Source: the human T2T-CHM13v2.0 reference genome, Homo sapiens. Taken from it: 64,000 nt of DNA. Shown here piece after piece: positions 13,208 through 25,951 of the stretch. The notes beneath the pieces are model-generated. The model had not been told where the DNA came from, ran no database searches, and was given only the letters and a program-made list of their open reading frames with translations. The first letter of the stretch is position 1. Every line of letters begins with the position of its first letter. The stretch lies in NCBI RefSeq assembly GCF_009914755.1, contig NC_060936.1; one strand, 5' to 3'. The translations under genes were made by a program, and so were the position numbers.

Positions 13208-13590
13208 TGCTGTGGGTTGCATTGTGTCCTTTTCCCCCCAACCCGAATTGATATGTTGAAGTTCTAATCCCTTATGTGATGGTATTTGGTGAAGGGGCCT
13301 TTGGCAGGCAGTTAGGTGTAGATGAGGTCGAGAGAGTGGGCCCTCGTAATGGGATTAGTGTGTTTATAAGAAGAGACACCAGAGAGCTTGAACTCTCTTT
13401 CCATGTCCTCACATGTGAGGACACAGTAAGAAGGTGTCTGTCTGTAATCCAAGGAGCAAGCCGTCATTAGACACCATCCATGCTGCCACCTAGATCTTGG
13501 ATTTCAAGTCTCCAGAACTGCGAAACAATAAATTTCTGTGTTTTAAGCCACCCAGTCTACAATATTTTGTTATTACAGCTTGAGCTGACA
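13208..13590 (+). mobile_element. MLT1A-like ERVL-MaLR solo LTR (sense)
   Basis: TGCTGTGGGTTG start, GTGATGGTATTTGG...GGGCCTTTGG, GGGATTAGTG, AATAAATTTCTGTG...AAGCCACCCAGTCT, ends CTGACA. Confidence 0.85.
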
Positions 13591-13728
13591 TGCCCATTCC
13601 CAGGTTTTACCCTGGAGATTGATTCAACAGTTCTGGAGACCAGCCTAGCATTTGAACTCTTCAGAATCTCCACACGATTTTGTAACGTACTCTTAGGGTA
13701 GAGCGCAACCAAATTTTTAATTTGTCTA

Positions 13729-13902
13729 CAAGTGGTTTTCAGCCTTTTCTGCACATTAAAATCTTTGGAGCTTTTAACTATGATTGATTGAGAGGCCCCA
13801 TCCGTGATCAATTAAATCCGGGGTAAGGTCAGGTACTGGTGTTTTTTAAAGAGCTCCCCAGGTGAGTCTAACATGTAGCCAAGCAAAAGGAAGAACCACT
13901 GG
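13729..13902. mobile_element. MER5-family hAT-Charlie relic
   Basis: AGTGGTTTTCAGCC ... GCTCCCCAGGTGAGTCTAACATGTAGCCA ... AGAACCACTG termini. Confidence 0.7.
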
Positions 13903-14448
13903 CCTGAATTTATCCCTTTTCCTCTGTTCTTCTGCTCCATAAATCCTAGTTTCTAGAAATACGGAGTCCAATCATGCTCTCTCTTCCCCTCTGGGTTCCC
14001 CTTACATCTCAGAGTGCCATTGCTATTATTTTCTGAACAGCAAATCCATAGTTTCAAAAACCATCTTTTTTCTGTTGCCTCAAGTTTTCCAGTACTTTAA
14101 ATCTCAGAATGAGGACTGTAAAAGTAAGAAAGTAAATTGATTTTCTAGGATGTTTGGATTCTGGGCAAATTGGTGTTATTTATTTAAAACTCCACATTTC
14201 AAAGATGTAATGGGTTTTAGATTTTATACCAAAACAATATTTGATATATGATGCCTTTCTAAAGGTTATCTTTCTGATTTTTTTCCCAAAATATATTTAT
14301 TGAATACTTTTTTGTAATCCCTCCCAGCTACTGTGTTGGCACTCAGGATGTAAATGAAATGGTAACATTTAGAATATTTTTTAACCAGCGTGGCATTGAC
14401 GCGATTGGTCAGAAAGAACATTGATTGTAAGCCACCCTATGGTCATCC

Positions 14449-14772
14449 TGGTGCATTTTGGCTCTGAATTTAATACCAAAAGAGGCAGCTACATCCCCAC
14501 CCTCTTAAGGCTTATGGTTCCTTGTAAAGTCTTGTATTTGAATGTATGTTGACATGACCTAGATCATTTTTGGATACTACCCTAGAGTATCTGATACAGT
14601 GGATCAGAGTTGGGGCTCAGTAATCTGCATTTTCAACATGTTTCCTAGGACACTGGATAGGAAAAGACAACCAGGAAGGGATTACTCAGTTGTTCCATAA
14701 AGCAATTCCCATTGTCTTCAGTAAACTCTAGCCAACTACTTGCATATTCCTTTTATTTCTTTCAGGGTGTTT
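14449..14772 (+). repeat. Local direct duplication, copy 1
   Basis: Colinear with 15674-15995; shared exact blocks TATTTGAATGTATGTTGACA, ATTTTCAACATGTTTCCT, AGGAAGGGATTACTC. Confidence 0.92.
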
Positions 14773-15279
14773 TCTGTGGAAAATCTCTACGGTCTGATAG
14801 TTGGCATCCTGGCAGTTAATTTTATGGAGAGTTAGCTTTTGTACATTCCTACAACATCGGCTCCTCCTTTCCCTCCCACTGCAAACCCCAGTCAGTAGGA
14901 GATTCTAGAAACTTGAAGAGAGATACCACTTTGTTTTTCTTCCTAAAGGTGCAACTGTTTAGTTGGATGTAAAATCCTACACTCTTCAGTTGTTAAATCT
15001 GTCTCTGAATCTAGTCATCCCTCAGGGGTTTTATTAATCTAAATGACCACCACATTATCACAGCTGCAACTCATCTTAAGAACTATTTCTCAGAAAAAAA
15101 CAGTAAGTAGCTAGTGACTCTGTACACAGAGAAAAAAATAAAGAACAGTTTAAATCATATCAGGGTTTCTTCTGAAATTTTTTTCAGTGTTGGAATGTGT
15201 AACTTTTAATCTCATTTTGGGGAATTTTAAAATTTGGTTTGGATTAAAGAGCAAAATGTTGGAAAAGTAAACAGCTTAT

Positions 15280-15330
15280 TATCTAAAGGCATTAAATATC
15301 TAAAGGCATTAAATGTCTAAAGATATTAAA
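15280..15330 (+). repeat. 17-bp tandem repeat x3
   Basis: TATCTAAAGGCATTAAA, TATCTAAAGGCATTAAA, TGTCTAAAGATATTAAA. Confidence 0.9.
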
Positions 15331-15673
15331 GAATGCATACTTTCAGATTCACCTTTTTAAATACATTGAAATTTTTATTCACCAACATGGTAAATCTTTT
15401 AAATCTGTTCGAATTAACATATTGTAAATGATACTCAATATATACATATTGTATGTGATTTTATATGCAGTAAGTTATAAGACCCATGGCTTTTTGAACA
15501 ATTGATAATGAACATTTAAAATGGTAAGATAGATCTTAGAAATGGTATCTGATTTCCTCTTACTTCTAGTGAGTTGTGTCATTGAATGTTTTAGATAAAA
15601 TCTTTGAATTATGAATATTATGCACATGAAAGAGTATATATAATATTGGTACAGTTTAAAGAATAGCAAACAT

Positions 15674-15995
15674 TGGTGCATATTAGCCTCAAATTTAACA
15701 CTGAAAGAGACATGTATCTCCCTACCCTCTTAAAACTTACAGTCCCTTGTCGAGTCATATTTGAATGTATGTTGACAAGACCTACGTCATTCTTGAATAC
15801 CAGCCCCAGAGAATCTAATTCAGTAGATTAGAGTTGGAGCTCAGGAATCTGTATTTTCAACATGTTTCCTGGTAGACTGGATTGGAAGAGACAACTAGGA
15901 AGGGATTACTCGGTTGTCCTATAAAGTAATTCAGTGTGTCTTCAACAAACACTAGCCAACTCGATGCATTTTCCCGTTACTGCTTTCAGAGTGTT
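15674..15995 (+). repeat. Local direct duplication, copy 2
   Basis: See 14449-14772; offset about 1225 bp. Confidence 0.92.
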
Positions 15996-15997
15996 CT

Positions 15998-16899
15998 ACT
16001 ATTCAGCTTAAGAAATAAAACATTATCAGTGACTACAGTTTCCTGAGTGCTCTACCCTGATCCCATACTTCTCTCTTCCTTATACAGTTAACCTGTAGCA
16101 TGAGTTTTAAGAAAATCATTCCATAGCATGGATCTCTTAAAAATAGAATTATATATATATATGTTTATTTTTGTCTATTTTTGAACGCGTTAGAATCATA
16201 CTGTGTTTCTTCTTTGACTCATTTTTTTCATTCAGGTTTGTTTTTGAGATTCAACCGTGTTGATATGTATAATTATAGTTCATTCATTTTCCCACTATAT
16301 ATTAATGCATTATACGAAGGTCCTATAACATTGATCCATTCTAGTATTGATGGGTTTTTGGATTGTTTTCAATACTTTTTTGAATATTATCAACAATATG
16401 AATAAAATTATATGTGGCTTTTAGTGCACATGTACAAGTATTTCTCTAAGGCATATACCTGGGAGTTAAATTGTTAGGTTAAATATGGTATGTGCTTGTT
16501 CAGCTTTCCTAAATAGAATCAAAGTACACTCCAAAGTGATTGTAGCAATATACACTCTCCCCGGCAGGGTGGGTGAATTCTAGTTGTCCTATATACCGAC
16601 AAATATGATGGGTGTAAAATGAAATTTACTGTGGTTTTAATTTTTATGTCTATGATGAATAATGATGTTGAAGCTCTTTTTATATATTTAGGAGTCATTC
16701 TTGAAATGCCTTTGTTTTTGTTCACTTTATTATTGTTGGTTTGTCTTCGTATTATTTCATAAGATTCCTTTACATATTTTCGATATGTGTCTTTTGTCGT
16801 CTAGATATATTGTGAGTGTTTTCTCGTAGGATTTTTCTCAAATTTTCACTCTCTTTAAAGTGATTTTTAGGACAAAAATTATCTTTCAATTTTAATGTA
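15998..16899 (-). mobile_element. Old L1 (L1ME-like) 3' region
   Basis: Antisense L1M hallmarks: TTGAGATTCAACCGTGTTG...AGTTCATTCATTTT, GATGGGTTTTTGGATTGTTTTCA, TATACCTGGGAGTTAAATTGTTAGG. Confidence 0.75.
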
Positions 16900-17407
16900 T
16901 GTGGATTAGTTTTCTCTGGCATCTATAACAAATTACCGCAAACTCAGTGGCTTAAAACAACACACATTTATTCTCTTTCAGTTCTGGAAGGTCATAAGCA
17001 CGAAGTCAGTTTCACTGGGCCAAGATCAAGGTTTCAGCAGAGGCTTGCTTTCTCAGGAGACTCCAGGGGAAAATTCTTTTCCTTTCCTTTTCCACCTTCT
17101 AGAGCTTCATTCCTTGCATTCCTTGGCTCCTGGCCTCTTCCTCCATCTTCAAAGGCAGCAGTTTAGCATCTTGTTTCCATCTTCACATTGCCTCGACTGC
17201 TGCTGTCCTTAAAGTTTCCTCTGCTTCTTTCTTCTGTGGACACTGGGGATTATATTTAGGCTCCATTCAGATAATCGGGGGAATCTCCCTATCTCAAAAT
17301 CCTTAATTTAGTCTCATCCGCAAATTCCCTTTTGCCCTATAAAATAACTTTGACAGGTTCAGGGATTAGAATGTGGCTATCTTTGGGGGCCATTATTCAT
17401 CCTAACA
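16900..17407 (-). mobile_element. MLT1C/D-like MaLR solo LTR
   Basis: ATAACAAATTACCGCAAACTCAGTGGCTTAAAACAACAC ... ATCTTTGGGGGCCATTATTCATCCTAACA. Confidence 0.85.
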
Positions 17408-17632
17408 TAGAAGATAAATTTATCTTTTTTTTTATTTTGGTGGAGATGGTAGTGAGACAGTGCTGTGACTGTTGAATCTTCAGAGGCCAGATTAGCCCAA
17501 TTTTGTAAGTAGTCTCTTTAGGTCACTGTTGATCAAAAATGAGTGACCAAATACTTCTGCCACTTAAAGATGGGGGAATATTTCTTTTTCCTTAACATCT
17601 ATCACTTATACCAAATGTAGGAGAGGAAAAAA

Positions 17633-17635
17633 TGT

Positions 17636-17677
<42 letters not shown>
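17633..17677 (+). repeat. (TG)n microsatellite, one interruption
   Basis: Read directly from the sequence. Confidence 0.97.
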
Positions 17678-17681
<4 letters not shown>

Positions 17682-17902
17682 TCCTTCTTTTAAAATTCCT
17701 GAGCTCCTCTCTTTCCTCCCATGTTAAAATCGGTAGCATGTCCAAGCCTCTGGGCCTACTGCCTTCGGTTAGCTCACACTTGCTTTTTCATGTGAAGTTT
17801 GTTCTATGGCATAATCTTAGTAAAGCGTTTTAAAAACAAAAAGATACGGAGGCTTTTTACAACCCCTTCGCCTAATTATATGATTCATTAAAAGAATCTT
17901 GG

Positions 17903-18232
<330 letters not shown>

Positions 18233-18453
18233 TCAGTTTTGTTTTGTGCATCTGGAAAGAAAATGGGATTCAAATGGGCTGAAGAAACAGGCCGTACCCC
18301 TAAGAAAGAAAGAAACTGAGAGGCAGATATTCTTGGAACTTTTGGTGCAGAATGCCAGAAGCTAGATAAGCACCCAAGTAGAAACCAGAGGAAAGTGACT
18401 GGGGGCGAGAAGCCATAAGCACAAGAATTGTTTAAATGCTTCAGTTTGCATTT

Positions 18454-18496
18454 TAGTTCATGCTACAAGTTATGTAGTTCATGCTACAAGTTTATG
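18454..18496 (+). repeat. 21-bp tandem duplication
   Basis: TAGTTCATGCTACAAGTTATG followed by TAGTTCATGCTACAAGTTTATG. Confidence 0.9.
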
Positions 18497-21400
18497 CCTG
18501 GAGCTTAAAATCAGGCATTTTTCTCTATCTAAATTTCTTTGCTTTAACCATTGCATTTTAAATAATTTACTCTCCTTTCTTTTGAGATATAAAAGAAAGA
18601 TTTTGTTCTTGCTTTTATTCTTATTTTGAGGATTGTGGCAACATGTAGAAAAACAGGAGTAGAGCATTGCTATTATTGACAAAATACTAATGTTACGAAG
18701 TTATTGACCTATAATGTCCTTAGACTGGGAAAAATCAATGCCTTGGTAATATCTATGCCAAGTGGCAAAAAGGAGACATCAGATATTTATGTTGTTCTAC
18801 ATAATATTTGATTTTATGATATTTGAGTTTTGCGGGATATATTTGATGGATGTTATGATCTTAATAAGTAGAGATTGTCAACTCTTCTGTGAATGGCATA
18901 TAAAAAATGATAAGAGAATGTCAACGGACATTTAAAGAAACCGAATAACTGAGTAAAATAAGTAATTCAATACTTCTGCCTTAAAGATGGGAACTTAAAA
19001 TTTCATATAGTTAGTGTGTCTTGATTATTGCCTATTCCATCTTGTGGCATCATACACCCTGTAAATCTACAGCAGGAGAATACAGTTGGCATTGGAGAGG
19101 AACTGGTTTCATATGATTATCTAAATTATCCAAGAAGAATGGACTATGAATCCCTTGAACATATGCTTGAGTCCACAGGGATTCAAACCAACGCCTGGGG
19201 TTTAGATGGAAAGGCCTTGCCCAAAGAGCAAAAAGATATGACAACAAAATTATAACCCTTGGCAAATTCCATCAAATTGATTTGAATCCGTGGGCTGAAA
19301 ATGTCAGTGCTTATTAAAGTATACATTGAAAATTATTAAGAATATGATTGCTGAATGTCCCATATTCTTTTGTGTCATTAACAATAAAGTGGCAGCTGAG
19401 CATTTGTCTTGTCTAACAGGATTACTGTTGGCTATGAATTAAAAAACAGAACGTGGAGGAATTGCCTTGTTAACTACTAATACTATTTCGTGGTTTAGTA
19501 TAGATGGGTTAATCCTCATTCTATCTACTTTTATATACTCACTGCTAAGCCATATTTTGAGGCTGTTTCTCTAACAGATGCACAGGGAGCACTTTCTTAT
19601 TGCTAGAGTACAAAAAAGGAAAGACATGTTTGTGATGTTTTCAAGAACTTCAGTGTCCGTTGCATATATAACCTTTTGAAACAAAGAAATCCTATGCATT
19701 TGACTAAGATTGCCTGTGAAATCTGGCGCTGCTAAAAGAAAAATATGAGATAATATTTTACCATAAGTACTTCTTTTTCCTATTAAAAAATATCACAGCA
19801 AAAACAAACACTATGTGCCAGCAAATTTATGCCCCTAATTATCCTGAGAATTATCATGCAGTTTGCAAGGAAGAAGGGGCTCTAGCTTTCCAGTTGCTGA
19901 TCGGCAATAATGAACCCCTGCTCTGTTGTTAAATACTTTTTTTTTGGTAGAGTCATAAAGAACAGCACTTCTAGCAAAGATGCAAAATGTTAAGGCCGTA
20001 AGTCAAAGGAATAATTCGATATCTGGCTTGATAAACGGATTTTTAAAAATAACCTTGATTTCTGCTAAAATCTTTTCCCTTGAACATAAAAGGGAGTGAA
20101 GGATTTGTATATTTCAAGGTAATTAAAACATTACTGATTTAAAGGAATACTATCATGTATAAGACGAAGAAAACTAGAAAGATTTCTTTTTCTCTGTCAT
20201 CCAGTATGTTAGCCTTGAGAGTGAGACCCTTAAAGCAGCAACAGAGTGAGACTTTTTGAAAACGCCATAGCAACCTGGCCTCGTAGCCCATGCCTTTCTT
20301 TAGAACAACAAAGAATGGTGCTTGAAAAGTCTTCTCATGATTCTTCTGCTTCAACAGCTTGCCTTTCTCCTTGTCACCAGAGTAAGCCATTCCGTCCAGA
20401 TCGCATCTTCTGCCAGAAGCCACAAGTTTGGCTTCTTGAAATCTCAGAAGTACTCATTCCTCAAGTAATTAATTAAAACAAATAAATAAAATGTGTAAGG
20501 CTTTAAGCTTCTGCAGGAGGCTCATATTCTTCCAAAATAGTCTGTCAACAATTACAGTATTTATAATAATAATTGTGAGAGAAGGATAATTAGCTTTAGG
20601 AATTCTTCTTCATCTAGATTTTTATAAAGTGTTCTTAGGAATAGGGATGGTTTATTCCTATTGACAGCTTGTCCCATGTAGGGGAGTCATGTTTGAAGGC
20701 AACATACCAGATTGGAAGGAGCAATGATTCAAAACAGGATACTGAGGAAATAAACATACTGATATAGTATATAGTTGTAATAGCTGCAGTTGTAATCAGG
20801 CATACATAACCTAGGCAGCCATTTACATTTTATACACCCTCATTAGAGCGAACTTCTGGAAACACATTAGTCATATTATATAATTAATAAGTACTGGATC
20901 CAGAGCCAATAGGCTGAGCAATACACACCTGCCTTCAGTGAGCCCCTGATGACACTTATTCTTTTTGTTTTTCTTGTATTTTCAGTACCTACCTAGCACA
21001 CTGCTTGACATTCAATAAAGACTCAATAAATATTGGATGTATTAAACAAGATTAAAAACTGCCTGTAAACGTAATGGTGTAAATGTTTACTGTAAATGTA
21101 AACTTTTCCAGGAAATAATGCTTTTCGTCCACCTGTTTTGAAATATAATTAAAATGACATTTTCCTTTTCATAATCAGGACAAGTGTTAATATTACAAAA
21201 TCCTTATTAAGTCAGGACAATGTCAATATTTTATGGGCTGTATTTCAACATTATTAATTCTAATGTAAAATAGTCACTCTTTGACTATAAATCTCAAATC
21301 ATTTCCAGGTCAAAATTTTGGCACATTTTTTTGCCTAGATTTTTGGATAGTTGAAATGTCTACCAGCCTTCTGAATTTTCTCATGCATTTTTCTCACTGT

Positions 21401-23912
21401 CCTGATTAAAGAGCAGAAAATAATTACACTAATTTTAAAATATATACTTTGTGACATTTTTCAACATTTATTAAAACCCACATTTTATTATGGCCAGGCT
21501 TCTTATCTCTACTTTTGCTTAGAAAAATGACAGTTAGTTTGGAATTCATTTTTGATTTTTCAGGTAGTGTTGCTGTATTTCTCAAGAATAATGGTTGAGT
21601 TATGGTATCGAATACTTCTAAATATTCATCCTTGTTGAAAAGGTTTTAGTCATTCCCTTAAAAGGTTAATAGACATTGAAAAACACTGAATAATTCATTT
21701 TTATGTACATAAGCTGTATCAAATGTAGTGTAGTCTACAAGGTAACATCAGGGCTAAAGTTTCATTCCAGTGGGGACTGATGGACTGCTCTCTTTTTGTG
21801 GGTATAACGTGATTGTACTAGTAAGCCCAGGGGACTTTACACCACTCCTCCTTGATCAGTCCTGAAGTTCATGTATTACCTTTTTACCTAAATTTCTTTC
21901 AGTGTTTTCTTCTCTGCTATCCCTTGAGTATATCTCTTGAGCTTATCATGTGTCTTGGTTGTTGAGGGCCAGAACTGAAGAACTGTCCCTATCCCTTCTT
22001 GTGAGTTAAAAGGGAATTAAGGAAAAGGAATCTCACTGCAGAAGAATGTTTTGGTTGTTCATCCTATATTTAATCTTGCTCCTTTGAGTTTATGGTCAAA
22101 CATGAGCACATTTATAAAATGCTTTCCTGGGGCAGCGTGGAAGAAACTGTGTTTGGAAAGTGATATTACACTGAGGACACTTGGGCAAGAGGCTTCTGCA
22201 GCTTCAGTCGCCATTGCTTTGAAGATCATCACTCATTGCTCGAAATCTTCTATGAACTCCTGTAAGTTCAGATGTTAATAGCTGAACATTGTTCAACGAA
22301 GTCTTAAATTGATTTTAAATGGACTGGTATAGCAAAGCAATTGGAAGGTATACAAAAGAGCAAAATTGAGAAGCTGGGTGATCTAAGCCTGAAGTCCTCA
22401 AATATTTAAAAGACTTAGTTTGTCAAGATTTAACCATCTTTTTCTGAGTTCTTTTCATCACTGTTGACAAAAGCAAGCACTGGAGAAAAATTTTTCTTTT
22501 GCCTATGGGGCCAGCAGTGAAGATGAGCTCATCTGTCCATCAAGCTCTTGCTGCTGCTACCTGGCCTCATTTAATAGCTGTGAGGCCAAATCCTTACTGT
22601 CTTTGAAGTCAGAACATGCAAAGTTTGAGTATTTGATGTATCTTTGAGATGTGTCAGTGGCCAACCAATGAGAGGGATTTGGCAGTTAGTGTCAATGCTA
22701 CAAAAGACAGTTAATTGTACGAAAACCACAGGATAAAACTCCAAGTCAAAACAATAGAACATCATCCAGGTTATATATTTTTTAGCTATGTAGCAGGGGC
22801 CCTCTGCATTCAGGGCTTTTAAACTTATTTCCATTAACATCTTTATCATTTACATAGTAAAGCTTTCAGAATATAAAAATTCTTCTGATTATGGACAAGC
22901 TACTGTGTGTCCAAAGCATTGTATAATTTAACATGATCAACTACTTTTTCTAAAAATGTTATTTCTCAAAGAAATAAAATATAGCATTTGCAAAACACAC
23001 ACACAGAGGATCTTATTATTGAAGAAATGCCTAGGTTATTTGCAAGTCTATTAGGAATAATTTTCCTTAACTTATTGACTGTTTTCATCTCATGGAAAGA
23101 AGTTTCCCTCCTGTCTTTGCTTTGGATTATGTAACTTTGATTTTTCTTAAAGTAATGATTTGCCTAGAAGTGAATTCATTCAGCTTAAAAACCATAGTAG
23201 GGCAGTGTGAAAGGAAAATTTATGAATAACTTTTTCCACTATCTTTTCACAAAGATAAGTTCTAGTGGGAGAAGCTCTCAAAGTAACCAAACAAAACTAG
23301 CATTGACAGTGAAGGCAGAACGCCATTCAGGTTCTGAAATGAAACCATAGGAGAAATTGTCTTCATTGACTTGACCTTAACTAACTTGCTAGAGTTAACC
23401 AGTGCTCTGGAGTCTTTCTGTTAAAAATACCAACTGATGTCCATCAATTGTGGTGGTTACCTGGCCAGTTTATGCCACTTTTCCTTAGTGTTGTAATTGC
23501 AGAATTTAATTAAAAATTATATAAACCACTGAAATATAAGCCAAAAATATTGTTGTTGTTTCTATGAAAACTTGATTGAATGCTTTCTTTGAAAGACTTG
23601 ATGAAGGCAAAGTAGATACAGCATATATGTTAACTGAGGTGTAGACGAAATAATTAGGGACTGTGGGTAAAACTGTAATCAAATAACTGTGCAGCATTAC
23701 AGATGTTTAAATTACCTTTCTTCTAAAGGTGACATGAAATAGAGAGTAGGAGACCTAAACCTTGCAGGATTTTAGCCCTTCATAGAAAGATTGGTGAATG
23801 AATGTCTGAATAATGAATGTTTCAAGTTGAAACTGAATATTTATTATATGCTCATTTAATTATTAAACATGATTATTTGCTTTATGTGGCTCTTTCAACT
23901 GTATTTACTGAC

Positions 23913-23930
23913 GTTGTTGTTGTTGTTGTT
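23913..23930 (+). repeat. (GTT)6 microsatellite
   Basis: Read directly from the sequence. Confidence 0.9.
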
Positions 23931-24206
23931 ATTAACTAGTCCTAGTCATTTGGATAAGAAGACTCTTGCCCTATTAGATCAATCCCTAATCATAACTGGG
24001 GTACTATAGGACCTACTCTTTGTTAGCTACATATAGAGTAACACAATGAAACAGCCAGCAAAAATAAGTAAAGGAAGCATTTTAATATTTATGTATTTTT
24101 GAGAACATTGACATGAATCCCATTTATTGCTTAGAGCATCTCTTCACAAATCCCCCAAACTCTACAGATTTTCGGCTTCAACAATTTATTCAGATTCTCC
24201 ATGTAA

Positions 24207-24531
<325 letters not shown>

Positions 24532-25576
24532 AGAAATAGATATTTTTAACAAGGTCCCCAAGTAATTTTCTCTAACAAGTACAGAAAGCACAAGATTATT
24601 TCTCCCTGTTGTTTTGACTCGTGTGATTACATAATTGATCATTTAACTAAGAAATGAAAAGTATTTTAGTGACTAAAAGTATTCATTGCACACATGTATT
24701 TTCTTTTCTGTAAAAAAAAAAAACCTGATGTAGAAGAATGTTTCTAAGCCATATAGGAACACAAATATTTTTGTTCCAGAATAACTTACCAGAAGGCCAT
24801 GGCATAGAGAAATTCCCTCATTTCTATAAGTGTGCTTTTCTCTTGAATGAGCTTTACTTCAGTGTTTTACTTGGGCACATGTAGGGAAAGAAAAAAATCA
24901 TGTTCAAGTTGAGGAATAAGAAGAGTTTCAGATGAAGAGAAGCAGATTCTGGCACACAAAGTTGAACAGTGCAAAACATTGAAGCCCAGCTATACATAAT
25001 CAAGCTGGCTAAGCTATAATACACATTAAAATAAAAGTTTTTTTCTCAATGGACAAAATTGGAACTAAGTATGTCTGACTGTTTTAGAGATAAGCACTTC
25101 TCAACTTCTAACATAAAAAGAGAAGCTGGTGTTTATGTGAAAGAATCTATGTAAAAGCCATATGGAACTGTCTCTAATAAATATCCATTTAATCAAATGT
25201 CACTATGTTTTTGAATGTTTTGTAGTTTGATGCAGAGAATGTACTTTTATTTCTTCAGCAGCTGCTCTTTTTAAATGGATGCAGCTGTACTACAGATTTA
25301 ATTTGCAACAATTGCTTAATTTTTAGTTGGTTGCTTCTAGTCTTTCAAAAGCAATGTTTCATGTTTCTGTGGAAAGATTTTTTTCCTAGAAAGTGCAAAG
25401 TACGATATGACGTAGGAATTAGGCAAATAAAAGTTTCTGCTTGATTTTTTTAAAACATAAAAGTTGTATTTCCTCTCTTTATAGCACTGCTTTTCCTAGA
25501 CATCCTTTTTTCAGACAACATTACTAAGGAGATTTGATGCCTACATATCAGTCTTCATCTCAAAACTTCTAAAAGA

Positions 25577-25951
<375 letters not shown>

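Noticed and set aside
20139-20423. 94-aa minus-strand ORF as a retrogene or nested gene
   Set aside because: Non-ATG start, no poly(A)/TSD, no recognisable parent protein.
22233-22275. Minus-strand terminal exon reading EFIEDFEQ-stop
   Set aside because: The acceptor lacks a pyrimidine tract and no upstream minus-strand exons were found; the same bases are better read as a + strand donor.
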